Positions 39,230 through 51,115 of a stretch of DNA of 64,000 nt are shown piece after piece. The stretch is from assembly GCA_964016885.1 (NCBI GenBank), contig CAXHJY010001472.1, positions 1 to 64,000 of the forward strand. The letters are read 5' to 3'. Positions within the stretch are counted from its first letter, which is position 1. The number at the start of each line of letters is the position of its first letter. Below the pieces are notes generated by a model. That model did not search any database and was not told the origin of the DNA. It worked only from the letters and a program-made list of their open reading frames with translations. Origin of the DNA: Eledone cirrhosa. Lineage: Eukaryota. The translations under genes were made by a program, and so were the position numbers.

Positions 39230-40410
39230 AGGTGATCTCTTTCTCTTAATTTCGAATATATTTTTTGACCGGTCACCTTCCTGGTGGCAAGGTTGTAAAA
39301 GAAAAGAAATTGTCATCCCTTGAATCGCAAGAATGTTTTGCAAATTTTGAAGGTGCCAACTATCGCAGCCACTTGTAGACTGAATTAGGGAGCTGCGCTC
39401 TTTGTCAGCAAATCCAAGTTCAGTCATACTTTGGTCCAAGCGGGTTGGTATATAACCCGTAGCTCCAATAATGATGGGTATGAAGCTAAAGGTGTATTTT
39501 GGATACTGGATTTGTAAACTCCTCATCAATGGTCCGTAGATGTCCTCCTCCTCCTGTATTTTTCTGACAACGTTTACATCAAGTGGGCAGCTGATCTCCA
39601 CAACACAACACGTTTTCAATGGGTGGTCCCAAACAACAATATCAGGCCGGTTGTGCTTTAATTTGGTGGCAGTTTTTATTTTCAGGTTCCACCAGTATTC
39701 CTTAGTGCCATCTGTCTCGATATATTCTTCCTCGTTTGTTGTTAATTTTGTTTTCCAAAGTGCGTTCCAGATGGTTCTAGCTATCCCATCGTGTCTCATG
39801 GGGAGGTAGTAGCGAGATGACATTCTTTCGCAGCTGGCAACAATGTCGCTTACATCTTCAATCTTTGTTTTACATAAGCCTACGTTTATTGTCAGCTGAT
39901 GTCCCTCCTCTTTTGTGCAGCAGATATTTGGTAGGGAGTTCTTGTTACTGTATTGCATAGAGATATCCCTCAAGGTGTCATGTCATAAACTTGTCGGAAC
40001 TCCATGCCAGGCTTTTTGAGTGGTTTATCACCTCTATGGTCTGTGTTTTACGTCTCAAGTATACGTGCACAACTTTTTCTGTAAATTGGTCAATTTTTTC
40101 ATCTTCTTTGAACAGTGAATAGGATCTTCCGATTTCTCTGGGTGAGAGATTTATATCAGGCTTTATTCCATATCTCTCCTCCAGATCAGTGGCTATCCTA
40201 ATGATATTTTTTTTTTCATGCTCATAAACCTGGGCCATAAAACTTTTCCTCTGTTGAAGATGTTGCTTCAGTGTTACTATCCGGGTGTCATATGATGTTA
40301 ATATGGATTTTAGACCCCGGCCACCTTCCTTGCATGACAAGTACAGCCTATCCACATCACCAAAGTTCCCAGTAACACTGACAAGTTTTCGAGTTCTAAC
40401 ATCTATCTCT
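39230..40410 (-). pseudogene. R4/Dong-clade non-LTR retrotransposon 3' part (post-RT region, degenerate CCHC knuckle, restriction-like endonuclease)
   Basis: DRLYLSCKEGGRGLKSI; LCKTKIEDVSDIVASC...YYLPMRHD; KHNRPDIVVWD...VVEISCP (PD-(D/E) RLE motif); FIPIIIGATG. Broken by stops and frameshifts. Confidence 0.88.
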
Positions 40411-40449
40411 CTTAAGTATGTGATATTTACATCTCAAATGATATATATA

Positions 40450-41296
40450 TACAGGGTGTTTCCAAAAATGTGTAAAGTTTATTCCGAGTTCAATCACAGC
40501 TAACAACAGTAAGTAAGGTACTCAATTCATAACAGAGTATAAATATTTAATATAGTAATGACTTCTACATGACTATAACTGTTTCATTCAGGAGAATTAT
40601 ATACGTGCGTGCGTGTGTTTTAATGACCATATACATACACCCCTCCAACAGTCCTTCACAATGTCTGGTTCCGGTTTCTCATCATTGTCAAGTCACACGT
40701 TAGCACGTTTTGTATTGAGAAGTGTCCATCCAATTCACAGTACTTGGATCCGATACTGTGCTGCCGCTGTGAAAGGGGTTTCGAGCGGCCAACTGGACTG
40801 TCACTTCTCATAACAGTGCAATCTAGTCCCAGGCTGCCACGGTCGTCTTTCGTATTGAGAAGTATCCATCGCGGGGAGAGGGCCCGGCTCCGAAATTGGG
40901 GTGCCGCTGTGAGAAGGATTCGGTGCGGCAAACTGGCCTCTTCCTCCTCAATGATATCACTGGTCACTTCGCATAGTTGTGCCATCCAACGCCATGCTCC
41001 AAAACTGGCTGTCGCTACATTGTCAGCTGTAAAATACTCAGCCGAAAAGAGTGTTTGGGACATAAAGGTTTTTAGATAAATATAAACACTTAGAGCGTGA
41101 TTCTCGGGGAGATTCAGCATCAAACATTCATCTATATATACCACAGACAAATTATATATATAATATACAGTTCTACTCCTGCAGAAGACATTTCTAGATT
41201 CAATATTTATACTCTGCTATGTATTGAGTACCTTACTGTGGTTACCCCAGATTGAACCTGGGACCAACTCACACACACATTTTTATATATACACCT
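40450..41296. mobile_element. Non-autonomous TIR DNA element with a Tc1/mariner-like TA-CAGGGTGT terminus
   Basis: Diverged inverted repeats of about 130 bp at about 40451-40582 and 41168-41296 (gtaaggtactcaat-cata-cagagtataaatatt). Confidence 0.65.
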
Positions 41297-42072
41297 ACCC
41301 ATACACATGCACTCAGTTTGACATACGCACAGATACATTCTGATATAATGGCTGCGGTTAAAGATCGGAAGTAGGGTGTATGTCAGAAATTAGATTCTTT
41401 TATTGTTAACAAAGAACAAAGAACATGGCGGTAAATGTTGACTGACTCCAAAAGATAAAAAATAAATATTCGTTAATTTTTTTAAAATTATATTTCAGCT
41501 TTTCTTTGTAAATATTCATTTCCTCTCAATAATCTATATGACATATCATCACTGTTAGATACACATGTGTATTATCGGAATCAAAGAAACAACAACACGC
41601 GTAATTGTCTGTATCTCTATAACTGTGTCTTTCTATCTAACCCCCGCCCCCTCCTCTCTCTATATATACATATATCTTTCTATCAGTATGTCTATCTTTC
41701 ACCAATTCTATTTCCTTCACTTTGACTACGTAGCCCAACTGGTGGCGACAGTGTTGGTGTAGTGGTGTGTTGGTGGTGTGTGTTGGTGTGGTGGCGTGGT
41801 GGTGTAGTGGTGTGGTGGTGTTGTGGTGATGAAATATCAACCACGTGGAACACAAAATAGAATGAATACTACTACTAATACTACAAACAACAATAATAAT
41901 TGTTTCTGCTTTGGGCAAAATGCAAACATTTTGAGAGGACGCTCTACCGATTACTGCAGGCACGTTACCCATCTAATAATAATATACTGTACATAAAAAT
42001 CACAACACCATACATAATGACTGCGCCCTCGTTATCGAGTATGGCCATTGCGAGATATAACATTATTGATAA

Positions 42073-43250
42073 CTAGCAGTTTAGCCCGGCGTTACTCGGG
42101 TTTGTTCATTTGCTATGAAAAGTTACATACAGGTAAACGTAGCTTGAAAGCGCATAATCTTATCAATTAAGTGCATAAAGCAGTTGAACCGGTTATTAAT
42201 AGTTACGAACCAATTAGCATTTTGGACAATCAATGATGGCTTAATAATCTTCCAATAGCGAATTTAGTAGAACAAAGTTGCAAGATGGTGTCCCTGATGC
42301 CGCTGCGTGTCAGATCTGTCCGCTATGGGTGACCCAACCAGTTTTCCAGACGGCATAACTCAAACATCTATAGCACTTCATAGTAGACGATATTGCGTGT
42401 CATCTCTTGAGGAGTGTAAGCAAAAAGTCCATTCCTGCTCCATACGCGGAAACTGGCAACAAAGTTGGCCATGGGAGAAGCATGGCTCCCCCAAATGGAT
42501 GACCGCCACCAACAATGTTTGCCCTTGTGACTTGTTAATGGACTTGGAAAAAAAAAAAAAAAAATGGTCTCACCGGGAATTGGGATCGCCGGAAATCGAA
42601 CGGGATATCTGACGCCGAGGGGCAAAGGTTCATCCTTGGAATGAAAACATTCTCCCCTCTCCAACACCCCGTTACAATGGTGGCCTCAATCAAGTGCAGC
42701 GTCAGTGACTTGACGACCATGCGAGTACCGTTGCACTGCTTTGGTGGACGCAAGTTCCTTATTAGCATAATGGGACAGCCAACCTTAAGCTTAAGAATAA
42801 GAGGTGGGAGCCCTGGGGAATTTAATAACTCAACCGGATAATTAACGATATCGTCGGGGTCTGACGCCAGGTCGATAGATTTGAAGATGTCTTCTTTACC
42901 GGGAATCTTCTCAATCAGCTGCTCGTTAATAAAATTAACCGTGGTATTTTTCCGAGCAAGGATGGCTCTTTCGCTGAGCTAATCGAGGTTTTTAAAGTTA
43001 GATGAGACATTAGAAAAAACTGCTTCCAAAAGGTCAGAAGGGCTGCTCACAATGTTGCACAGGGAGTCGATTGCTATTCCGCCTTTGTCATCCGCAGGGA
43101 CCTTGCCCTCACAAAGTGCTAAAATATTCTGACCAAATGCTGCAGACATGTCACCATGCAAATGAGCACGCATATTTGTGCTCAAGTACAAACTCTTCAC
43201 CTGGAGCCACAACATGGACGACTTAAGGCAGGCAGGCACGCACTTCTGCT
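42073..43250 (-). mobile_element. Helitron 3' part with Pif1-family helicase C-terminal pseudogene
   Basis: ACLKSSMLW...LSTNMR; LKVGCPIMLIRNLRPPKQCNGTRMVV...IEATIVTG...VFIPRM...FRRSQFPVR at 42565-43240. The 3' hairpin and CTAG at 42073-42100 are in the same orientation. Confidence 0.85.
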
Positions 43251-44140
43251 CTTGTCAAGGTGAACGGCTACCTCTCGGAGCCGTTCGAAATCGCGCGGTC
43301 CATCCGACAAGGGTGCCCTCTCTCCTCCCTTCTGTATGTAATGACTAGAGCCACTGCTGCAGAAGTTGGAGTCGTTAATGCCGTCGTCGGGCGGAGGTGG
43401 CGAACACATCTACTACCGCCTGACCGTCGTGCCTTGCCCAAGGGAAACGCTCTCCAAAATGGAGCGCACACTCTTCCAATTCCTTTGGAAGAAGCGGGCT
43501 CCTATGGTGAGGAGATCCATCTGCTGTCAACACCCTTCGAAAGGAGGGCTGAGATGCCGTGGCTGGTGATGCGTAAACACGCATTAAGGCTACGGCACCT
43601 CCAGGTATTCATCACCGGTCAACCGGTGTGGGCCCCGTTTGTGAGGCGAGCCTTTCCCAGACTCGTCTCGCTCACCGAGCTGCAATCCTGGGTCAAGCAA
43701 AGACCGAAAAAATTGGGCGCCTGGCACACCGAGTGTGCCCAGGCGCTCACGGCTCTCTGGCAGGCGGACCCGGCTGTCAGTGGAGAATCCAACTCGTCAT
43801 TCTATAGAGGGCTGGTGGTTAGCAGGTGCGGCAACACCCTCGGAGAAGCCCTAGGCATGGAGGAAAACGAACTGGCCAACCTGTTCGGTAGGACATTCAG
43901 CCCGGGACCTATGGATAACTTCCAGAGGTCCCTGGCCTGGCAGTGCCACCGAGGGGCTCTGCCCGTTCGAGAAAGGCTCTACAGACACGGGCGCCCTGGT
44001 AGAGACCCCTCGAAAAAGATCTGTCCCAGATGCGGGTGCGACGAGGAAACAGTTGCACACGCATTGTACAGTGCTCGCGCATTGCCTATCTGTGGGGCTA
44101 TGTCGAACGACTGCTGTCACGGGTGGGACCGATCCGTTTG
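43250..44140 (+). pseudogene. Tx1/L1-clade LINE ORF2 fragment (RT remnant plus zf-RVT), internally deleted
   Basis: VNGYLSEPFEIARSIRQGCPLSSLLYV; KMERTLFQFLW...HPSKGGL; WQCHRGALPVRERL...ICPRCGCDEETVAHAL. The YADD region is missing. Confidence 0.85.
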
Positions 44141-44155
44141 ACAACCGGGTTCAGC

Positions 44156-44532
44156 TTCGCTAAGGTGAAAAGAATACTAACTAGAGACAATAGGGTTTGC
44201 CAGACTCAATTTAAGAATAAATCAAGAAAAGAAATACAAACCGGAATTGTGGTAAGTACCAATCACCCAGACACCTTTGGTAATGCTGTTTCGCAAAATT
44301 AATTGTGAAGAGGAATACCAATTCTTGCTCATCAGTGGATGAAGAATTATTATCATGGACATTTCTAAGTATATTAAAAAACTGAATAGTGTGCGTATAT
44401 ATAACGCACATGGTATCTGAACTTAGCGTGTCTCACAAACTCCCACCACTAAAGATAGCAGCCAAGTTTGTATTTATTTTATTGATTTATTCTTAAATTG
44501 TCTATAGTTAGTATTATTTTCACCTTAGCGAA
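44156..44532. mobile_element. Inverted-repeat-bounded element containing a hammerhead ribozyme (Penelope pLTR-like)
   Basis: Arms 44156-44241 and 44466-44532 are reverse complements apart from one indel of about 19 nt. Confidence 0.7.
44263..44342 (-). ncRNA. Type I hammerhead ribozyme
   Basis: Minus strand: UCAUCCA-CUGAUGA-GCAAGA...UUUUGC-GAAA-CAGCAUUACCAAAGGUG-UC-UGGGUGA. 7-bp stem I, 6-bp or longer stem II, imperfect stem III, GUC cleavage triplet. Confidence 0.8.
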
Positions 44533-45084
44533 TCTCATGCCTTACTATTTGAACACATGTATATATCTGTGTTCGTTTTTCTTTTATATTCAATTATGAT
44601 ATATGTATATATATATATATTTATTAAAATAACAGATTAAAGTTTAAGCAAAGAATCGCTGCTTTCACCCTTAACGGGATCTTCTGAAACTCACATACAT
44701 ACATACATACATACATACATACATACATACGTATATATATATATATATATATGCATATCTGCGCATGCGCGTGTGTGTGTGAATGTGGCGAAGATTAACG
44801 TCATTGCTGACGTCATGGATCATAATGTCGTTATGCAGACAGCCAGACATACAAACATATTATAAGGGCACGATGGAGATCGATAACTGGTGCCTAACAC
44901 CTCTTTAAAAACAGAAAATTGAAAAATAAAAGCTGCAGTTAATATCTTTAGACCACAAGGAATATATAAATGCAAGTTTGAAGCCAATCAGAGTAGAAAT
45001 GTGGATTTGTATAGACTTTGCAAAAATGAGGAGACACACACAGTTTTATATATATAGATGATATGAGTGTGCGGCGTTGTATCT

Positions 45085-46138
45085 ATATCTTTCTAATTAT
45101 GTCACTGAAAACATTGCCTTTCTTTTCACATTTTAGAAATGACACACTGTTCAATTATATGACCTTATAGAAGTGTCTAGAAGAGAGAGAGAGAGATTAA
45201 GTATACCTTATGGTTTGGCACCACTGGGTCGGGCCTCTTTTCGTGGCAGGGTCTCCTTAGTTCCAGGGAAGTATTTCTCAAAACCACCTGGTACATTGCT
45301 GTTGCGTAGCAGAGCCCAGCCCTTCATTAGGGACAACAACGGCCGTGGTGAAGCAGTTACATATTTAGAGGTAACGTAGGAATGACGATATATCTGAAAT
45401 AGAGATTTTAGGGGTTATAAAGAGCCAGGGTTAAAGGTGGGGTAGATATGATATATCTGAATATATAGAATGGTGGTGTTGGTGATGTAGTGTGATGGTG
45501 GTAGTGTAGTATGGCAGTGTTATAGTGCCTGGTAGTGCTGTAGTGTGTGGTAGTGTTCTAATGTAGGTTCAGTATGTGATGGTGGGGCTTCAATGGTTAG
45601 TGTGCTGCACTCATAAACATAACATCAAACCCTAGGTCTGGCAGCACATTGTATTAATAAGCCAGTTGCTTCATTTCAAGTTTTTCGGGATAGAACTGGA
45701 GTCTATCATTACAACAACCGGGAAACCTCCTATGTGAGGACACCCTTGTCCATCTACCTATCTATATACATAGATCCACACACATAAATGTTTATGGATC
45801 TGTATTTTTGTGTATGAAAAAAATGGAAAAAATTAAAATCTCAAGTTAGGCTACTCTATAATTTAACTATTTGGTTCTCTTTGTTGGGTGTGGGTGTGTT
45901 TTATTTAGAAAGTTCAGACAGACAGCCATACAGATACATGATATGAGGGCGACGCGTCGTATCAATGTATCTAATTATTTGTCACTTCAAAGCTTGCTTT
46001 TCTTTTAACATTAAGTGTATGCGAGAGAGAGAAAGAAAGAAAGAGAAAGAGAGAAAGCATACCTTTTGGTTTGGCACCACTGGGTCGGGCCTCTTTTCGG
46101 AGTGGGGGTCTTCTTAGTTCCAGGGAAGTATTTCTCAG
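45085..46138 (+). repeat. Two dispersed copies (about 45085-45280 and 45970-46138) of a Helitron-5'-like repeat
   Basis: Both share tctaattat..gtcact...tggtttggcaccactgggtcgggcctcttttcg...ttagttccagggaagtatttctca. The first part also matches about 47277-47330. Confidence 0.6.
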
Positions 46139-46219
46139 TGTCCGAATTGTCCTCACATTCAGAGTGCCCATAAGCCTTGACAACCTTAGTGCTGTTAAAT
46201 CGACTACATGGTTCTTTTA

Positions 46220-46381
46220 TTATTTCACCCATAAATGGGGCCCTAACAGGTAACACTGCTCTGGGCCAGAGCAGACCTGGGAGTTATGACAACTAAGGGG
46301 TAACTCCACATTCCCCACAGCTCATGAACTCCCGAAATGGAGCCTTGTCACTGGATGTAGTTTAATGTCATACCCAGGACA
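46220..46381 (-). mobile_element. Fragment of a second SINE-like dispersed repeat
   Basis: Highly similar to about 55332-55488 in the tandem unit (gagcagacctgggagttatgacaactaagggg...gatgtagtttaatgtcatacccaggaca). Confidence 0.65.
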
Positions 46382-46394
46382 ATGTGTGTGTGTC

Positions 46395-46430
<36 letters not shown>

Positions 46431-46800
46431 AGATAGATATACACGGGTGTGTATGATTATGTATAGAAGATTATATTAATAAAAGGAATTCCAACTTTGA
46501 TTTACTCGTTTTATTTACAATCCTTTAAAATTTATAATAGTATTAGAATGAAATAGTATGGTAGAATATTAAATGTTAAGTGTTAATTGAACAAGTACTT
46601 TCATGCTTTCGCAATCTTCAGGTTCATAATGTGTGGTGACAGTCAAGTTTGCAATTTTCAACCGTAATGAGATGGGTAAATTTTGCCACTGTGAAAAGTG
46701 GCTCCAGAATGCTAAATCTTGAAAACTGTATTTCGACCAATCGGTGTGTAGTTTCACTGGATTACTAAAGCTGATTGGTTTAGGCGTCACAGTTGGTTGA

Positions 46801-46872
<72 letters not shown>

Positions 46873-46897
46873 GTTTGACAGATTTAACCTGAAGCAT

Positions 46898-47220
46898 ACG
46901 GAAAATACAGGATAAAGAGTAAAATGTACAGATCGTTTCAATAACTATTTCATCTCCCAGACAGATTAGAGATTTAATCTGTTTCGCCCTGAGAATTGTG
47001 TTTGTAACAGATAATCCGTAGGCGTCATCAGCGAGAGATAAGATAAAATGTGACAAACACCTAAAACTAAAAGCTACACGAATGAATATTTCACCTCGTG
47101 CGAGCAAACGGAAAATACAGGATAGAGTAAAATGTACACATCGTTTCAATAACTATTTCATCTCCCGGACAGATTAGAGATTTAATCTGTTTCGCCCTGA
47201 GAATTGTGTTTGTAACAGAT
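46898..47220 (-). repeat. About 1.5-mer direct repeat (period about 208-210 bp) carrying the hammerhead; retrozyme/pLTR-like
   Basis: 46898-47012 is repeated at 47108-47220. The GUC sites are at 46960-46962 and 47168-47170. Confidence 0.85.
46952..47039 (-). ncRNA. Type I hammerhead ribozyme
   Basis: Minus strand: AUCUCUCG-CUGAUGA-c-GCCU...GGGC-GAAA-CAGAUUA-aaucuc-UAAUCUG-UC-UGGGAGAU. 8-bp stem I, 4-bp stem II with long loop, perfect 8-bp stem III, GUC site. Confidence 0.85.
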
Positions 47221-47276
47221 CAGGAGACTGACTATTGTGCGTATATAAATTAACGCACATGGCATAAATACATACA

Positions 47277-49779
47277 TCTAATTATATGTCAGTTAAAACC
47301 TTGCCTTTCTTTTCACATTTTACAGACAGCCACAATGCTGAATTATATGATCTTATGTCAGTGTATGGGAGAGAGAGAGAGGGGGGGGGAGCAAGCCAGG
47401 GTTTAGTCCCACATTTAAGATCATAGGTAACATTTATCATATAAGAAGCTTCAAGAAAGTCATTAAAATGCCAGTCTCTGAAAATGTGAATATTGTCCTG
47501 TGCTACTGTTTCCTTGTGGGAATGATGGGTTTCGGGTTGGTTTGAAAAGGATTGACAACAACCACACACTCACACCCACTGGTTATCGGTTTCAGGTTAG
47601 GCAAGGTGACTAATGTTGTGAAGAGCAGGTGGCTGATGCAGCAATATGCTGTAGATGCCCAGGGAAAAATACAATGTTGTCACCTCAAAATGGCCGTAAC
47701 AATCGAACCGTGATGCGAGCTGAAAAGTATGAGGGTTTCTATGAGGCTGAAGGAGATTCAGTAAATGAAGGCCGGAGAATTGTTCTTCCACCTTCAATCT
47801 ATGGTTCCCAATCGCTTCTACAGTGAGTGCTTTCAGAATTCGATGACTGTGGTTCGACATGGTAAAGTCGTCTTATTTCATCACGGTAACAACTAACTCT
47901 AACTGGGATGAAATAAAAAATAATTTGCACCCTAGTCAAGAACCTAGAGACCGCCCTGATATTTGTGCAAGATTCTTCAACATCAAGTATGACAGCCTCA
48001 TGGGTGACATACTGAAAAAGAAAATGTCCTAGGAAAAGTTGTTGCTCGTTCTGCTACAATAGAGTGGCAGAAACGAGGCCCCACTCATGCTCATATTCTG
48101 CAGATAATGGCTGAAGATAGTAAGCACAAAACTGCTGATGACATTGATCAGGTAGTGTACTGTGAGATTCCAATTCTACAGAAGATCATCCCCATCTTGC
48201 AACATTCATGGCCCATGTGGACAAGTTAATATGATGTGCTCATGAAAGGAAGGGCTAGGACAACAATAACAATGCTCAAACAGTTATCCCAAGGCAAACC
48301 GCATTTGTTGCCAAAAGTTCCTTTTCAAAGTATAGAAGAAGGGGTAGATAGCATGGTCAATTGTGAGGTTGTCTACAGTGTCAAGGCTGTTAACTAATTA
48401 AAGTACATCACAAAAGGATCAGACAAAATCACTTTCACTATTAACGATGATCGAGGAAATTGTGTCCATGCTCGAAATGAAATTGAGACCTATATCAATG
48501 CATGGTACATCTCAGCCAGTGAAGCATTCTGGAAAGTTGCCTTGCCATTTACCTGGGGAACAAATGGTCGTGTTTGAGCAAGAGCAGGAAGAAAGTTCTT
48601 TCTAGGGGACAGCCAATGACTAAGTTCACGGAATATTTTCAACTGAATATTAGAGACCCGCTGGAACAAGATATATTGTATATTGATATTCCTAAATATT
48701 TCACTTGGACAAACAAAAAATGGCAAAGAAAAAAAGGGGACATCTGGATAGTGATCAACAATTTATGAGTGAATCTCTTGGACGCATTCTCAGAAGACAT
48801 CAATCTGAATTATATTACCTCAGAATGATCATACATCACAAGGCTGGGTAAACTTCATATAAAGATTAACTTAGTCTGTTGGTCCTCAGCTGCCACAGAT
48901 CTTCTGCACCATTTTATTGCACTGCATGCCAAATGACCCTCTGCAGTTCTGGGAGAAATGGAAGAATTGTCTTGCAGAGGATATTATGCATGAACGTCAT
49001 GAGCAATTCATGTCCATGCAAACAAATAAATTAACTTCTGCCAACATTGAATCCTCAGCAACTGGTTCTTTTTCACAAAGTAATTACCTCTGTAAATGAA
49101 AATGAGGGCAGAATTTTCTGCTTGAATGCAAGTGCAGGTACAGGTCATAAGCATTCTAATGGATTACCTCCAATGTAAAAAATAATTGCACTTGCCACTG
49201 CCATATCTGGAATAGCAGCCACTTTGCTTCACAAACAAAGAACTCTTCATTCCAAGTGCACGATTCCTCTCAATATGACTGCTGAATCAACTTGCTTCTT
49301 CACAAAGAGGGATGACACAGGTAAACTTATGCAGCAAGCTGACCTGTTAATCATTGATGAGAGAGGTATGGGACATAAGAATATCTTTCAATGCCTGACA
49401 GGAGCTTCAAAGATGTTCGAGATTGCAAAAAGCCATTTAGTGGTATCTGGTGACTAAAACCAAATTCTTCCAGTTCTACGTCATGGTGATAGACCACAAA
49501 TAGTTGAAACAACCTTCAAGGGCAGACATTTATCTACAAACACAATTCTCACGTATGTTGCATTATCACAAAAAAGAAAATATTAAAATATTAAATGAAA
49601 GGTGTCTGTTTGCTGGCAACTGTGTCTACAAAGAAATTCTACAGTCATGTGAAACAGCTATCACTCTTTTAGTTGAAATGCATTTCAGTTTCTTTTTAAA
49701 TGATAGAAAAGGGACACTACAAAAACTTATGTCTATATATACTAGCAGAAAAACGCCCAAAGGGCAGTTCTTCAGCTAG
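47277..49779 (+). mobile_element. Degenerate autonomous-type Helitron (Rep-helicase pseudogene)
   Basis: GRRIVLPPSIYGS; Rep motifs YFITVTTNSNWDEI, EWQKRGPTHAHIL and YITKGSD; YISASEAFW; helicase ATAISGIAATLL..RTLHS, LIIDE and QILPV. A|TC at 47277; GCCC-AAA-GGGC hairpin plus CTAG at 49755-49779. Confidence 0.88.
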
Positions 49780-50009
49780 CATATATAAATATATGTCGTC
49801 TCTCTCGGTGTATGTGTGTGTATGTGTGCATATATATATAATGATAAAATGCGAAATACTTTCAGATGTTAAAGTCCTTTATTGATAATGCTGCGATACA
49901 TATTTGTATGACGATATATATATATATATAGTTATAACAGGGGAGGGTCATATTGTTATAAATATTGCAAGAAATAATAACAGAACACACGGTTTGGTTT
50001 GGGTTGTTT

Positions 50010-50285
50010 TTCGGTGTAGGTGTTGATGAATGGCTTGTGAGGACATTGCAAGCTTTGTACAGAGGTGCTGTCAGTAAAGTGAGGGTAGGAATGGAGTTTA
50101 GTGACAAATTCCAGATACAAGTAGGAATACATCCTGTTTACAGAAACTTATCTATGCTGATGATAAAATCAGTAGAAGAGCTTGAGAATAAATTCTGGCT
50201 ATGAAAACAGAGTTGGAATTAAGAGGACTGAGAGTGAACATAGCTAAGACAAAATTGTTGATGAGTAGAAAAGAGGACAAAACTC
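50010..50285 (+). pseudogene. RTE LINE RT fragment
   Basis: GVDEWLVRTLQALYRGAVSKVRVGMEFSDKFQIQVGIH...GLRVNIAKTK. Confidence 0.8.
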
Positions 50286-50289
50286 AGCG

Positions 50290-51115
50290 GAGAAGGAAAC
50301 TATGAATAAAATGGCGAGCTGTGTGGTTGCATTTAAGTATAATGAAAAGAAAAGTTATGGGCAAAAGAGGGCAATATCCATCGTCAGTTGTCTGCTAGGA
50401 ATCATAGGCATTTCTTCGCGTTAGAGACAAGATACCTCAACCTAGGGCGAACAATAACTAAAATAAGTTATTGGAATAAAAAAAGGGGGAGAGAGAAAAA
50501 TGGATACACACATGAAGGGTGAAGAAACGAAAAGAGGAAAAATCAAGTCAACAACTCATTTTGAACATAAGTTCTGGTGGGTTTAACGAGAAAAAAAAAT
50601 ACATGTCTTCACTGTAGCAGTGTGAGTGAGAGAAGAGACTGCTTTAGAAGTGGCAGGTTAGCCGAGAGAAGGTGACTAGCAGAAGAGGGAGAAGGGGGAG
50701 AGAGAGCATAGCAACAAGGGGATAGAAGAGAGATGGGTCACAACCGAGAAGAAAACTATGTGAATAAAATGGCAAGCTGTGTGGTTGCATTGAAATATAA
50801 TCAAAATAAAAGTTACGGGCAAAAGAGGGCAATATCCATCGTCAGTTGTCTGCTAGGAATCATAGGCATTTCTTCGCGTTAGAGACAAGATGCCTCAACC
50901 TAGGGCGAACAATAACTAAAATAAGTTATTGGGATAAAAAAGAGGGGAGAGAGAGAGAAAAATATAAACAGACACAAAGGCTGAAGCAACAAAAAGAAAG
51001 GGAAAAAAAAAAAAAAAAAAAAAAAAAATCGAGTGAACAAATTGATTTCAAACACAAGTTCTGGCGGGTTTGATAAGAAAAAAAAGACACATTCACTGTA
51101 GAAGTGTGAGCAAGA
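50290..51115. repeat. Local direct duplication, about 50290-50630 vs about 50745-51115
   Basis: Shared gggcaaaagagggcaatatccatcgtcagttgtctgctaggaatcataggcatttcttcgcgttagagacaag. Confidence 0.85.

Noticed and set aside
42290-42365. Possible HDV-like ribozyme in an RTE 5'-UTR-like fragment
   Set aside because: It resembles RTE leader sequence, but I could not build the nested double pseudoknot by eye.
42535-43239. Host PIF1 telomere helicase gene
   Set aside because: It is intronless, disrupted, has Helitron-type motifs and is linked to a hairpin-CTAG terminus.
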